A stretch of 64,000 nucleotides of DNA, taken from NCBI GenBank assembly GCA_038087875.1, contig JAXLNO010000104.1, positions 124,001 to 188,000 of the forward strand. The letters are read 5' to 3'. Source of the DNA: Malacoraja senta (Eukaryota). A model generated the notes under the pieces. It made no database searches and was not told the DNA's origin. It saw only the letters and a list, made by a program, of their open reading frames with translations. Each line of letters opens with the position of its first letter. Within the stretch, counting starts at the first letter, position 1. Below are positions 47,273 to 58,835 of the stretch, in pieces. The position numbers were made by a program, and so were the translations under genes.

Positions 47273-50200
47273 CAATTCTGGATTTAGTGTTATGTAATGA
47301 AGGATTTGATAAAGGAACTTGAGGTGAAGGAGCCATTAGGAGGTAGTGACCATAATATTGTCAAGTTTAATCTACAATTGGAGAGGGAGACGGGTAAATT
47401 GTAGGTGTCAGTGTTACAGTTGAGTAAAGGGCACTATGGAGCCATGAGGGAGGAGCTGGCCAAAGTTGACTGGAAAGATACCATAGCAGGGATGACAATG
47501 GAACAACAATGGCAGGTATTTCTAGGAATAATACAGAAGGTACAGGATCAGTTCATTCCAAAGAGGAAGAAAGATTCCAAGGGGAGTAAGAGGCGACCGT
47601 GGCTGACAAGGGACGTCAGGGACAGTATAAAAATAAAAGAGAAGAAGTACAACGAAGCAAAGATAGGCGGGAAGCAAGAGGATTGGGTAATGTTTAGAAG
47701 AAGATAACTAAAAAGACAATACGTGGAGAAAAGTTGAGGTACGAAGGTAAGCTAGCCAAGAATATAAAGGAGAATAGTAAAAACTTCTTTAGGTTTGTGA
47801 AGAGGAAAAATGTAGTTAAGACCAAAGTTGGACCCTTGAAGACTGAAAAGGGTGAATTTATTATGGGGAACAAGGAAATGGCAGATGGGTTGAACAGGTA
47901 CTTTGGATCCGTCTTCACTAAGGACACAAACAATCTTCCTAATGTACTAGTGGCCAAAGGTTCTGGGGTGACGGAGGAACTGAAGGAAATTCACATTAGG
48001 CAGGAAATGGTGTTGGGTAGACTGATGGGTCTGAAGGCTGATAAATCCCCAGGGCCTGCTGGTGTGTATCCCAGGGTACTTAAGGAAATGGGTCTAGAAA
48101 TCATGGACGCATTGGTGATCATTTTCCAATGTTCTAAAGATTCAGGATCAGTTCCTCTGGATTGGAGGGTAGCTGATGTTATTCCACTTTTTAAGGCGGG
48201 AGAGAGAAAACAGGGAATTATAGACCAGTTAGCCTGGTGGTGGGAAAGATGCTGGTCAATTATGAAAGATGAAATAGGGGCACATTTGGATAGCAGTAAC
48301 AGGATCGGTCCGAGTAAGCTTGGATTTACGAAGGGGAAATCATGCTTGACTAATCTTCTGGAATTTTTTGAGGATGTATCTTGGAAAATGGACCTGGAAT
48401 TTCAGAAAGCATTTGATATGGTCCCACATAGGAGATTAGTGGGCAAAATTAGGGCACATGGTATTGGGGGTAGAGTGCTGACATGGATAGAAAATTGGTT
48501 GGCAGACAGGAAACAAAGAGTAGGGATTAACGGTGACTAGTGCGGTACCGCAAGGCTTGGTGCTGGGACCACAGCTATTTCCAATATACATCAATGATTT
48601 GGATGAAGGAATTCAAAGTAACATTAGCAAATTTGCAGATGACACAAAGCTGGGTGGCAGTGTGAACTGTGAGGATGATGCTATGAGAATGCAAGGTGAC
48701 TTGGTATCAAAAAAAGGAAGGCAGATTACTATCTAAATGGTGTCAAGTTGGGAAAAGGGGAAGTACAAAGGGATCTGGGGGTCCTTGTTCATCAGTCTGT
48801 GAAAGTAAGCATGCAAGTACAGCAGGCAGTGAAGAAAGCGAATGGCATGTTGGCGTTCATAACAAGAGGAGTTGAGTATAGGAGCAAAGAGGTCCTTCTG
48901 CAGTTGTACAGGGCCCTAGTCAGACAACATCTGGAGTATTGTGTACAGTTTTGGTCCCCTAATTTGAGGATGGACATTCTTGCTATCGAGGGAGTGCAGC
49001 GTAGGTTTACAAGGTTAATTCCCGGGATGGTGGGACTGTCATGTGCTGAGAGAATGGAGCAGCTGGGCTTGTACACTCTGGAGTTTAGAAGAGTGAGAGG
49101 GAGACAAAACTGGAAGGATTGTCTAAGAATAAATTCTGGAGATTTAACTCTCAAATTTTAAAAGATCCACAAGCGAGTATATATTTAAAAGAACAAATGG
49201 AGGTCTTTTTTCAAACAAATGATACTTCAGATATATCGCCTACTTTACTTTGGGAATCTTTTAAAGCATACATTAGGGGTATTATAATTTCATATCAAGC
49301 TTTTCAAAATAAAAAGAATAAGAATGAACAAAGACAGTTAGAATAACTTATTAGACAAATGGATATAGATAATGCTAAAGATCCATCAATAGATAAACAT
49401 AATAAAATAATAATTTTAAAATTTAAATTAAATAAATTATTATCTGCCAAACTTATAAGACTTTTTCAAATTACAAAACAAGAGCACTTTGAATTTGGGG
49501 ATAAACCGCATAAACTTTTGGCTCGCCAGCTAAAAAAACGAGAAAAGGAACATACTATACCAAAGATCAAATCAGATAAAGGGGAATTATTAACAACACC
49601 GAAGGATATTAATAAAAGATTTGCGCAATTTTACGAGAATTTGTATACATCTAAAACGATAATTGATTCCAATAATATCACAAAGTTCTTGGATACCTGT
49701 AATCTTCCAAAGTTAGAGCTGAAGGAACAAGAGGAACTGGGTGCACAAATCTCAATTAAGGAATTAGAAGATACAATAAACTCATAAAAGAATGGAAAAA
49801 CACCAGGCCCTGATGGATTTACTAATGAATTTTATAAAAGCTTTTATGATAAAATAATACCAAGATTACAAAAAATGTACCAATACGCTTTTAAAAAACG
49901 AATACTACCTGATACATTAGCGGAATCAACGATTACATTAATACCTAAGAAAAATAAAGATTTAGAAGAACCTGGCTCATATAGAGCTATAGCATTGTTA
50001 AACACAGATCAAAAAATATTAGCGAAAACATTAGCTAGAAGATTAAGTAAATACATTAGTAAATTAATAAACCCAGATCAGACAGGGTTTATCCCTAAGA
50101 GATACTCTTCTAATAATATGAGACGTCTACTCAACATAATGCACTCACACAAATCTGAAGATCAAGAATTATCAATTATTTCGCTGGATGCTGAAAAAGC

Positions 50201-52848
50201 ATTTGATCAAGTAGAATGGAATTATATGGATAAAGTATTACAAAAATTTCAACTGGGAGAGAATTTTATTTTATGGATTAAGTTACTATATAACAAACCT
50301 ACAGCTAGAATACTTACTAATAACATATTATCCTCGAAATTTCAACTATCAAGGGGAAATAGACAAGGATGCTCATTATCACCACAGCTGTTTGCTCTCA
50401 TTATTGAACCGCTAGCAGAAAAATTAGAATATACCCTGATATTCATGGATATAATACTAAAGACTCATATAATAAAATATCTTTATACGCGGATGATATA
50501 TTATTGTATATTACAAAACCTCAAATCACTATACCAAATATATTAAATTTAATTGAAGACTTCGGATCTTTTTCTGGATATAGAATAAATTGGAATAAAA
50601 GTGAAATTATGTCAATAAAACCGAAAGATTCAACACATCTTTTAAAATTCCCTTTTAAAAGAGCTACAGAAAAATTTAAATATTTGGGAATCGAAATTAC
50701 CAGAACATATCAAGGTATGTTCAGGGCAAATTTTGACCCCCTACTTAATAAACTAAATACATTAATTAAATTCTGGAAAACGCTCCCGATGTCTTTAATA
50801 GGCCGAATAAACGCAATAAAAATGATCTTTTTACCACAAATTTTATACCTATTTCAATCAATTCCTATATACTTACCTAAGAAGTTTTTTTAAAAACTCG
50901 ACTCAGATATCACTAATTTTATATGGGACTATAAATCACATAGAATACAAAAAACCCATCTGAATAAACCTAAAGTATTGGGGGGTTTAGCACTACCTAA
51001 TTTTATGTATTATTATTGGTCAGTAAATATTAAAAACATGATTCAACTGATGGATAACTCCGCCCAGCAAGTAGACTGGATTGTAATGGAGAAAGAGGAT
51101 TGCTCCTCTAGAAACATTGGAGCGATCCTCCTTTCTCCAATAACATAAATTATAATAAGAACCCAATTATTCATAGTACAATCCGTATTTGGAAACAAAT
51201 AAAACAAAATTTAAAATTAAGAAACTTATCACTTTTATTACCTATAGTCAATAACCCTTCGTTTAGTCCTTCTATTATAGATAAAGCTTATACACAATGG
51301 GATAGACTAGGAATTAAAACGCTTGGTGACTTGTATGAAACTGGAAAATTACTTTCATTTCAACAATTACAAATAAAATATAAACTCGGAAATAATCAAT
51401 ATTTTAAATATTTTCAAATATGCGACTATTTGAAAAAATATACAAAAGATCATTATAATAATCCAGTAGATGTATTGGACGAGGCAATGCAGATAAAAGC
51501 GGAATCAGCAAACTTAATATCATATTTGTATAATATTATTTTAAATGTACAAATACCACCTACGGAGGGTATCAGAAGAGACTGGGAACAAGAGTTAGCT
51601 ATTAAAATTTCAAAGGAAAGTTGGAATGAATACATATTAAACGTGCATAAATGCTCGATTAATGTAAGACACACATTAATACAATTTAAAATTTTACATA
51701 GATTATATTATTCGAAAACTAAAATTCATAAAATTTTCCCAAACGTATCATCTATTTGTGATAAATGTCAATCCCAAGAAGCAACTATAGCGCACTCATT
51801 TGTCTTCTGTACAAAAATTCAAAAATTTTGGAATGAAATTTTTGAAATCTTTACAAAGTTATTTAAAACAAGACTGATACCCAAAGCAGAATGGATTATC
51901 TTCGGAATAACGGAAGATGATCCAGAACTAAATGTGTTTCAAAAGAAATTAATGGACTATGGGTTAATAACTGGAAAAAAGCTAATTCTAAAATTTTGGA
52001 AGAAGGCTCCAATACCAACTATAAATATGTGGATTTCAAATATGTTTGAAACATTACACCTAGAAGAGATAAGACTCCTCCTAGCAGGTAAACCAGATCA
52101 CTTCCACCTGACGTGGTCTGCATTTATAGAATTATTACAAACATAGGGTGCAAAAGTACTTTAAAAAAATAAAAAATTGAGGTCAGGTAAGGGGGGATGA
52201 TAGTTGAAGAGTTGGTATGTCCTATTTACGTGATGCTCAAAAAAAACATTTGTTTTTCTTTTTTTCTCTTTCTCTTTTCTTTTCTTAGGGCCTATTTCTT
52301 AACTCTTTTTCTTTTTGTTTTTAATTTCGCTCTTATAGGGTCTTCGTCCTTTTTTGTTGTTACATTTTCTACACTTTTCTACACTTGCACTTTTTCCTGC
52401 ACTTTCTTCTTTCTTTCAATCTTTAAATAAAAAAAAATTAAAAAAAAAAAAAAAAAAAAAGAAGAGTGAGAGGGGATCTTATTGAAACATATAAGATTGT
52501 TAAGGGTTTCGACACGCTAGAGGCAGGAAAAATGTTCCCAATGATGGGGGAGTCCAGAACCAGGGGCCACAGTCAAAGAATAAATGGGAGGCCATTTAAA
52601 ACTGAGATGAGAAACAACATTTTCCCCCAGAGAGTTGTGAATTTGTGGAATTCTCTGCCACTGAAGGCAGTAGAGGCCAAGTCACTGGATGCATTTAAAA
52701 GAGAGTTAGATAGAGCTCTTGGGGCTAGCGGAATCAAAGGATATGGGGAGAAGGCAGGCATGGGTTACTGATTGTGGATGATCAGCCATCACAATGAAAG
52801 GCGGTGCTGGCTCGAAGGGCCGAATGGCCTCCTGCACCTATTTTCTAC
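47273..52848 (+). mobile_element. Decayed CR1 LINE (47273-49101 and 52475-52848) interrupted by an L1
   Basis: APE end (GGSDHN), RT motifs; YTLEFRRVRG|DLIETYKI is continuous across the L1 insertion. Confidence 0.9.
49102..52459 (+). mobile_element. 5'-truncated L1-clade LINE with poly(A) tail
   Basis: WRFN, LWESFKAYIRG, YRAIALLNTD, SLDAEKAFD, RQGCSLSP, YADD, CDKC...H.F..C; T-rich 3'UTR, aataaa, poly(A); 15-bp TSD agaagagtgagaggg. Confidence 0.95.
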
Positions 52849-53276
52849 CGTCCCACCCTCTCTCTCCGCACTCCCTCTCTTTCCTCACACACCCCCTCTC
52901 TCCAAACGCTCCTAACATTTCTCTCCAAACTACATCTCTCTCCCCACACTACTCCCACTCTCTCTTCCCACACTTCTCCCATTCTCTCTCCCCACACCCC
53001 ACCCTCTCCCCTCACTCCTCCCCCTCTCTATCCCCACACACCTGTCACATCTTCGCCTAAGATGTGGAATAATAATACTGACACAATATTTACATGTCAC
53101 ATTCCTTTGTCTCTGTGTTTATTATCTCCCCGGGCCATGGCCTCCTGCCCACACCCTGCTTACACAGCGCTCACCCGATCTGTCCTTCACATCAGCTGAT
53201 ACAAAGGGCAAGATATTTGCATATCATTATCATAACTCATCGTCATGACAACTCCCACTCTCTCTCCCCAAACTCC

Positions 53277-53463
53277 CCCACCTCCCCTGTTGTTTAACAG
53301 AGACAGAATTGGTCTCACTGACCCGACTGCTGCTACAATATTCCCCCGATGGGCCGTCACCCCAAAAGTATGCAGAAGGCAGTGTTTGTGGGAGGGGGAG
53401 AGCCACGGAGAGTCCTGCACTACCCGCAGCCTCTTCTGACGGTCACCCATGTGGCTGAACCTC
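53277..53463 (-). repeat. Short segment repeated at 58649-58835, resembling a CR1 ORF1 fragment
   Basis: Both copies end at catgtggctgaacctc and follow CT-rich tracts; the minus strand reads RVVQDSP. Confidence 0.7.
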
Positions 53464-53469
53464 TGCTGG

Positions 53470-54095
53470 GAATGGGGACTGAGCCGATGGGATAGGGAGG
53501 AGGGAAGAGTGTGGGTCAGAAGGAGGGGTGGATGGAGTGGGAGGGGCAGACGTCGGGCTTGAGGGATGGGAGTGGGAGGGAGGGAGTGGCAGGGGGAGGG
53601 GGGAGAGCCAGGGTGGGGAAAGGAGGGGTAGGGTCAGAGGGAGAGGAGTTGGGGAGGGAGTTCGGGGGACAGGGTGGGCGAGAGGGAGGAAGGCGGAGAA
53701 GGTGGATGAGGGTAAATGGAGAGCAAGGGGGATGGAGGCGGGGAGAGGAAGAGGAGAGGAAGAGGGGGATAGGAAGGGGAGAGGAAGAGGAGGAGGGAGG
53801 GAAGAGAAGGGGGTGGGAAGGGGAGATGGGGAAGGGGAGGAGAAGGTGGGCAGGAGAAGGGAAGTGGGGAGCGCAAGGGGATGGGGGGACCAATGGTTGG
53901 AGGGGGGAAAGGGAGGGAAGATGGAGGGGAGATGGAGAGGTGGAGGAGGACAGTTGGAGGGGGAGAAGTAGGAGAGAGAGTGTGAGAAGGTGCGGGAGTG
54001 GGACGGGGAGCAGGAAGGAGAGGGGGGTGTGTGTGCGGAGAGGGTAGGGGGCGAGGGAGGGTGGGTGGAGGGGGTTGTGGGGAGAGGTAGGGGAG
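53470..54095 (+). repeat. GA/G-rich low-complexity tract
   Basis: Almost entirely purine, many G3+ runs; a CT-rich tract lies at 52850-53045. Confidence 0.9.
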
Positions 54096-54323
54096 ACTCA
54101 AGCATCAAGCAACTATCCTCCAGTCCACGGGAACTGATCCAGAGTTTATAGAACATTGGAAATTATCACCAATGCATCCACAATTTCTAGGGGCACCTCA
54201 TTGAGTACTCTGGGATGCAGACCATCAGGCCCTGGGGATTTATCTGCCTTCAGTCTCAACAGTTTACCTAACATCATTTCCTGCCTGATGTGGATATTTT
54301 TCAGTTCCTCTCTCCCGCCAGGT

Positions 54324-54846
54324 CAGGGATCGGCAACCAACGGCGCACGGGCTGTTTCCGTCCCGTAAACCAAAATCATCTGGCCCGCAGGCGGTTTTTT
54401 TACAATTTGTTTTCGCGTCCTGGATGCTACAGCCTGTCCCGGGGCTCACAGGCGACCTGGGAACTACAGCCAGTCCCGGGGCTCACAGGCAACCTGGGAA
54501 CTGCAGCCAGTCCCGGGGCTCACAGGCAACCTGGGTGGTACAGCCAGTCCCAGGGCTCACAGGCGACCTGGGAACTGCAGCCAGTCCCGGGGCTCGCAGG
54601 CAACCTGGGTGGTACAGCCAGTCCCAGGGCTCACATGTGACCTGGGAACTACAGCCAGTCCCGGGGCTCGCAGGCAACCTGGGTGGTACAGCCAGTCCCA
54701 GGGCTCACAGGCGACCTGGGAACTGCAGCCAGTCCCGGGGCTCGCAGGTGACCAGGCCGCTACAACTAATTTATTAACTATGGCGATAGATGTGGCCCGC
54801 CATACATGGGTCCTGGCCTCTGTGGTAAATAGGTTGCCGACCCCTG
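54324..54846. mobile_element. hAT (Charlie-like) MITE carrying an internal 37/38-bp minisatellite (~54427-54752), inserted in a minus-strand CR1 fragment
   Basis: TIRs cagggatcggcaacc / ggttgccgacccctg; about 9 units of cagccagtcccrgggctcrcaggcracctggg(aact|tggt). Confidence 0.85.
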
Positions 54847-56139
54847 CGCTGGATCCTCGGTCCCCTAGTATTTCTGGGTGATTGTTTGTGTCATCCTTAA
54901 TGAAGAACCAAAGTACTTGTTTACTGGGCTTCTGGAATGCGAGGGAGTCTGTCTCAGTAAACAGTACCATTTTGATCAGGATCAGAAATGGGGGCGTGGG
55001 GGGAAAATAGCAGATGGAGTTCATTCTGAGCAAGTGTGAAACGTTGCACTTTAAGAGGTCAAATATGTGCAAAACATTCAATTAATGCCATGATCCTTAA
55101 CTTCATTGCTGTATAAAGGTATCTTGTAATCAGTGGAAGTCCCAAAACTGTTGAAGGTGCTTTATTTACATGACCGTCCGAAGGGGGGGGGTGGGTGGGT
55201 GCAATAGGTGCAGTCACACCCCCCTTTTCTTCCACAGAGTAAAAACAAATTGGTGTTTCGGGAAACTGTTTTGTAGGTTTTGCACACTGGGATTTTTGAG
55301 GTGTGCCTCTACCTCGGTAGCACTGAGGTGACAACGGAATATTGAGTGTGGTTAGGGTTTGGGTTTGGGTAGGACACGGCCACAGCCCCAACCACCACCA
55401 CAGCTAACAACCGGTCACAGAAAGAAGATGAAATGAATCAGGGTACATGATGTGATGATGTCACGTTTACCGATTGGACATGTGGCTGAGCTGGAAATGT
55501 CACCTCCTGCACCGTTCCCTTCAGCTCATTAGCAGCAATTAAAATCATTTATTATTGCTGCCGCTGCCTCACGTCACCATGGTTTAAATTGTCTCCCATG
55601 TCCCACCCTCTCACGTCTAGTTATAGCTTGTCAGGTCCACAGGACTTTCACTCCAGGTCTCAATTAACCCGTTTTTACCCCTTATGTTGTTGACTTTTTG
55701 ACTGATTGACCAGAGGAGCCCGTCCAGGAAGAGCCACCGAGGAGGCAGAGAGCGGAGAGCTGGCTCCAGGGCACCAGAGAGCGGGCAGGAAGCTGCCCTT
55801 CACATGGCGGTCACCTCTACACCCGCCCGGCTACTCCGCCCCTGGCCCAACATACAGCCCCCGGCACCCAGGCACTGGATGCCACCAAGCTGAAGGCAGA
55901 GCTCACCGCCCTGCCAGTCCCTATCCCAACGCCAACTCTACACACTCTTCATCAACTCAACCAGAGCCTTGGGGTTAGCACACCAGTCTGCTTTAGTTGA
56001 AAATCAGATCCATTCTCTAGACGCCATCGCCTCCCTGGTGTTCCCACCTGCTCCAGCCTCAAACAAAGCCTGGGTGAAGGGAAAATAGACACAAAGTGTG
56101 GAGTAACTCAGCGGGTCAGGCAGCATCTCTGGAGAACAT

Positions 56140-57375
56140 GGATAGAGTCATAGAGTGACACAGTGTGGAAACAGGCCCTCCGTCCCAACTTGCCCACACC
56201 GGCTAATAATGTCCCAGCTACACTAGTCCCACTTGCCTGCGTTTGGTCCATATCCCTCCAAACCTGTCCTGTCCATGTACCTGTCTAATTGTTTCTTAAA
56301 TGATGGAATAGTCCCAACCTCAACCACCTCCTCTGGCAGCTCGTTCCATACACCTACCACCCTTTGTGCGTCAAAGTTACCCCTTGGATTCCTATTAATT
56401 GTTTTCCCCTTCACCTTGAACCAATGTTCTCTGGTCCTCGATTCATCAGCAAACTTGCTAATCTTGCCCTGTTCTGTGACTTTTCACAGAGTGCTGGAGT
56501 CACTCAGTGGGTCAGGCCGAGTATAGAAGTTGGGAGGTCATGTTGCAGTTCCATAAGTAGTTGGTGAGGCCGCATTTAGAATATTGTGTTCAGTTCTGGG
56601 CACCATGTTATAGGAAATATGTCATCAAACTGGAAAGGGTACAGTGAAGATTTACGAGGATGTTGCCAGGACTAGAGGGACAGAACTATAGGGAGAGGTT
56701 GAGTAGGCTGGGACTCTATTTCATGGAGCTCAGGAGGATGAGGGATGATCTAATAGAGGTGTATAAAATCATGATTTGAATAGATATGGTTGAGTCTTTT
56801 GCCCAGAGTAGGTAAATCGAGGAGCAGAGGACATAAGTTTAAGGTGAAGGGGAAAAGATTTAATAGGAATCTGAGGGGTATTTTTTTCATACAAAGGGTG
56901 GTATGTGCATGGAACAAGCTGCCAGAGGAGGTAGTTGAGGCAGGGACTGTCGCAACATTTAAGAAACAGTTAGACAGGTACATGGATAGGACAGGTTTGG
57001 AGGGATATGGATCAAACATGGGCAGGTGGGACTAGTGTAGTTGGGACATGCTGGGCCGAAGGGCCTGTTTCCATACTGTATCACTCTATGACTATCTATC
57101 TTTCCCTCTCAAACCCACTCTCCTGCCTTCTCCCCATTACCTCTGACACCTGTATCAATCAAGATTCTATCAATCTCCTCCTGAAAAGTGTCCTCTGACT
57201 TGGCCTCCACAGCTGTCTGTGGCAATGAATTCCACAGTTCACCACCCTCTGACTTAAGAAATTCCTGCTCATCTCCTTCCTAAAGGAACGTCTTTTAATT
57301 CTGAGGCTGTGGCCACTGGTCCTAGACTATCCCACTAATGGAAACATCCTCTCCACATCCACTCCATCCAGGTTT
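56140..57375. mobile_element. Several CR1-type 3' fragments in both orientations
   Basis: VRPHLEYCVQFW, QRVV..WNKLPEEVV and shared tails. Confidence 0.85.
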
Positions 57376-57571
57376 TTACCAGGCTGGGACAGACGGCAAC
57401 AGCTTCACACCGTGTCCCAAAGCTTGTGTCCTGTCCTGCTTCACCCAGGCAGCAGAGACTTTATAGGAGAGGGCAAGCACCGTCACAAAGTAGTTCACGC
57501 TGGTTTGGGTAACATTCAGGAATGTCTATGCTTGTCACATCATGAATATTACTGAAGAACGGTCTTGACCC

Positions 57572-57968
57572 AAAATATGATCTATCCATGTTCTCTAGAA
57601 ATGCTGCCTGACCCGCTGAGTTACTCCAGCACTCTGTGAAATGTCACCTATCCATGTTCTCCACAGTTGCTGCCTGACCCACTGAGTTACTCCAGCACTC
57701 TGTGAAATGTCACCTATCCATGTTCTCCAGAGATGCTGCCTGACCCGCTGAGTTACTCCAGCACTCTGTGAAATGTCACCTATCCATGTTCTCCACAGAT
57801 GCTGCCTGACCCGCTGAGTTATTCCATCATTCTGTGAAATGTCACCTATCCATCTTCTCCAGAGATACTGCCTGACCCGCTGAGTTACTCCAGCACTCTG
57901 TGAAATGTCACCTATCCATGTTCTCCACAGTTGCTGCCTGACCCGCTGAGTTACTCCAGCACTTTGTG
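57572..57968 (+). repeat. Tandem array, ~6 x 66 bp, from the Penelope-derived short element
   Basis: Unit gaaatgtcacctatccatgttctccasagwtgctgcctgacccgctgagttactccagcactctgt; tgctgcc recurs at 57602, 57668, 57734, 57800, 57932. Confidence 0.95.
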
Positions 57969-58835
57969 TCTATTTTCCCTTCACCCATCTGCCCAAGCCC
58001 ACCCTCCCCCCTCCTTTCCTATGTTCCTTCACACCCATAAACCTCTCTCTGCCTTTACATTTCACTCCTCTGTCAAATCTGCTCTACTTATCTACATGCA
58101 TTGTTCTTCTTAACTTTTTAGTCATAGAATGATGCAGTGTGGAAACAGGCCCTTCAGCCCAACTTGCCCACACTGACCAACATGCCCCATCTACACTAGT
58201 CCCACTCACACGCGTTTGGCCCATATCCATCTAAATCTGTCCCAGCCTCAACTACCTCCTATGCTGCTCGTTCCATACACCCAGCACCCTCTATGTGAAG
58301 AAGCTACCTCAGTAAAATCTATTATTATTATTATTATTATTCCTGTTAATTTCTGAAATATTGGTCATACATTTGGTGCAAAAATGGTCCAAAAGAAGGC
58401 TCAGAATGCATCAGAGAGCATCTAAAACCCCTGAGCTTCCAGGACCCCGGCATCGAGGGACTTCACGCATCGCGATCGTGATGTGTGCAGCGCGCAGATT
58501 ATTCCCACATTACATTTGTAGTAATCCTGTCATATCACCCCCCTTGTTGAAAAGCTTCGTACGGGCCTGCTCCTCCCACTCTCTCTCCCCACTCCCCCTC
58601 TCTATCCCCACACTCCTCCACACTCTCTCCCCACTCCTCCACATTCCCCCACCTCCCCTGCTGTCCAACAGAGCCAGAATTGGTCACTCTCTCCCTACTG
58701 CTGCTGCTATATTCCCCCGAGGGGCCGTCACCCCAATAGTATGCAGAAGGCAGTGCTTGTAGGAGAGGGGGAGAGCCACAGAGAGTCCTGCACTACTCGC
58801 AGCCTCTTCTGACGACCACCCATGTGGCTGAACCT

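Noticed and set aside
53443..54156. Long Pro/Ser-rich and Gly/Arg-rich ORFs (FH1-like appearance)
   Set aside because: Product of low-complexity GA/CT sequence open in several frames; wrong position relative to the INF2 exons.
55350..55580. Telomere-like ggttagggtttgggtttggg and CCAAT/CRE-like motifs
   Set aside because: Too short and degenerate to support an interstitial telomere or promoter call.
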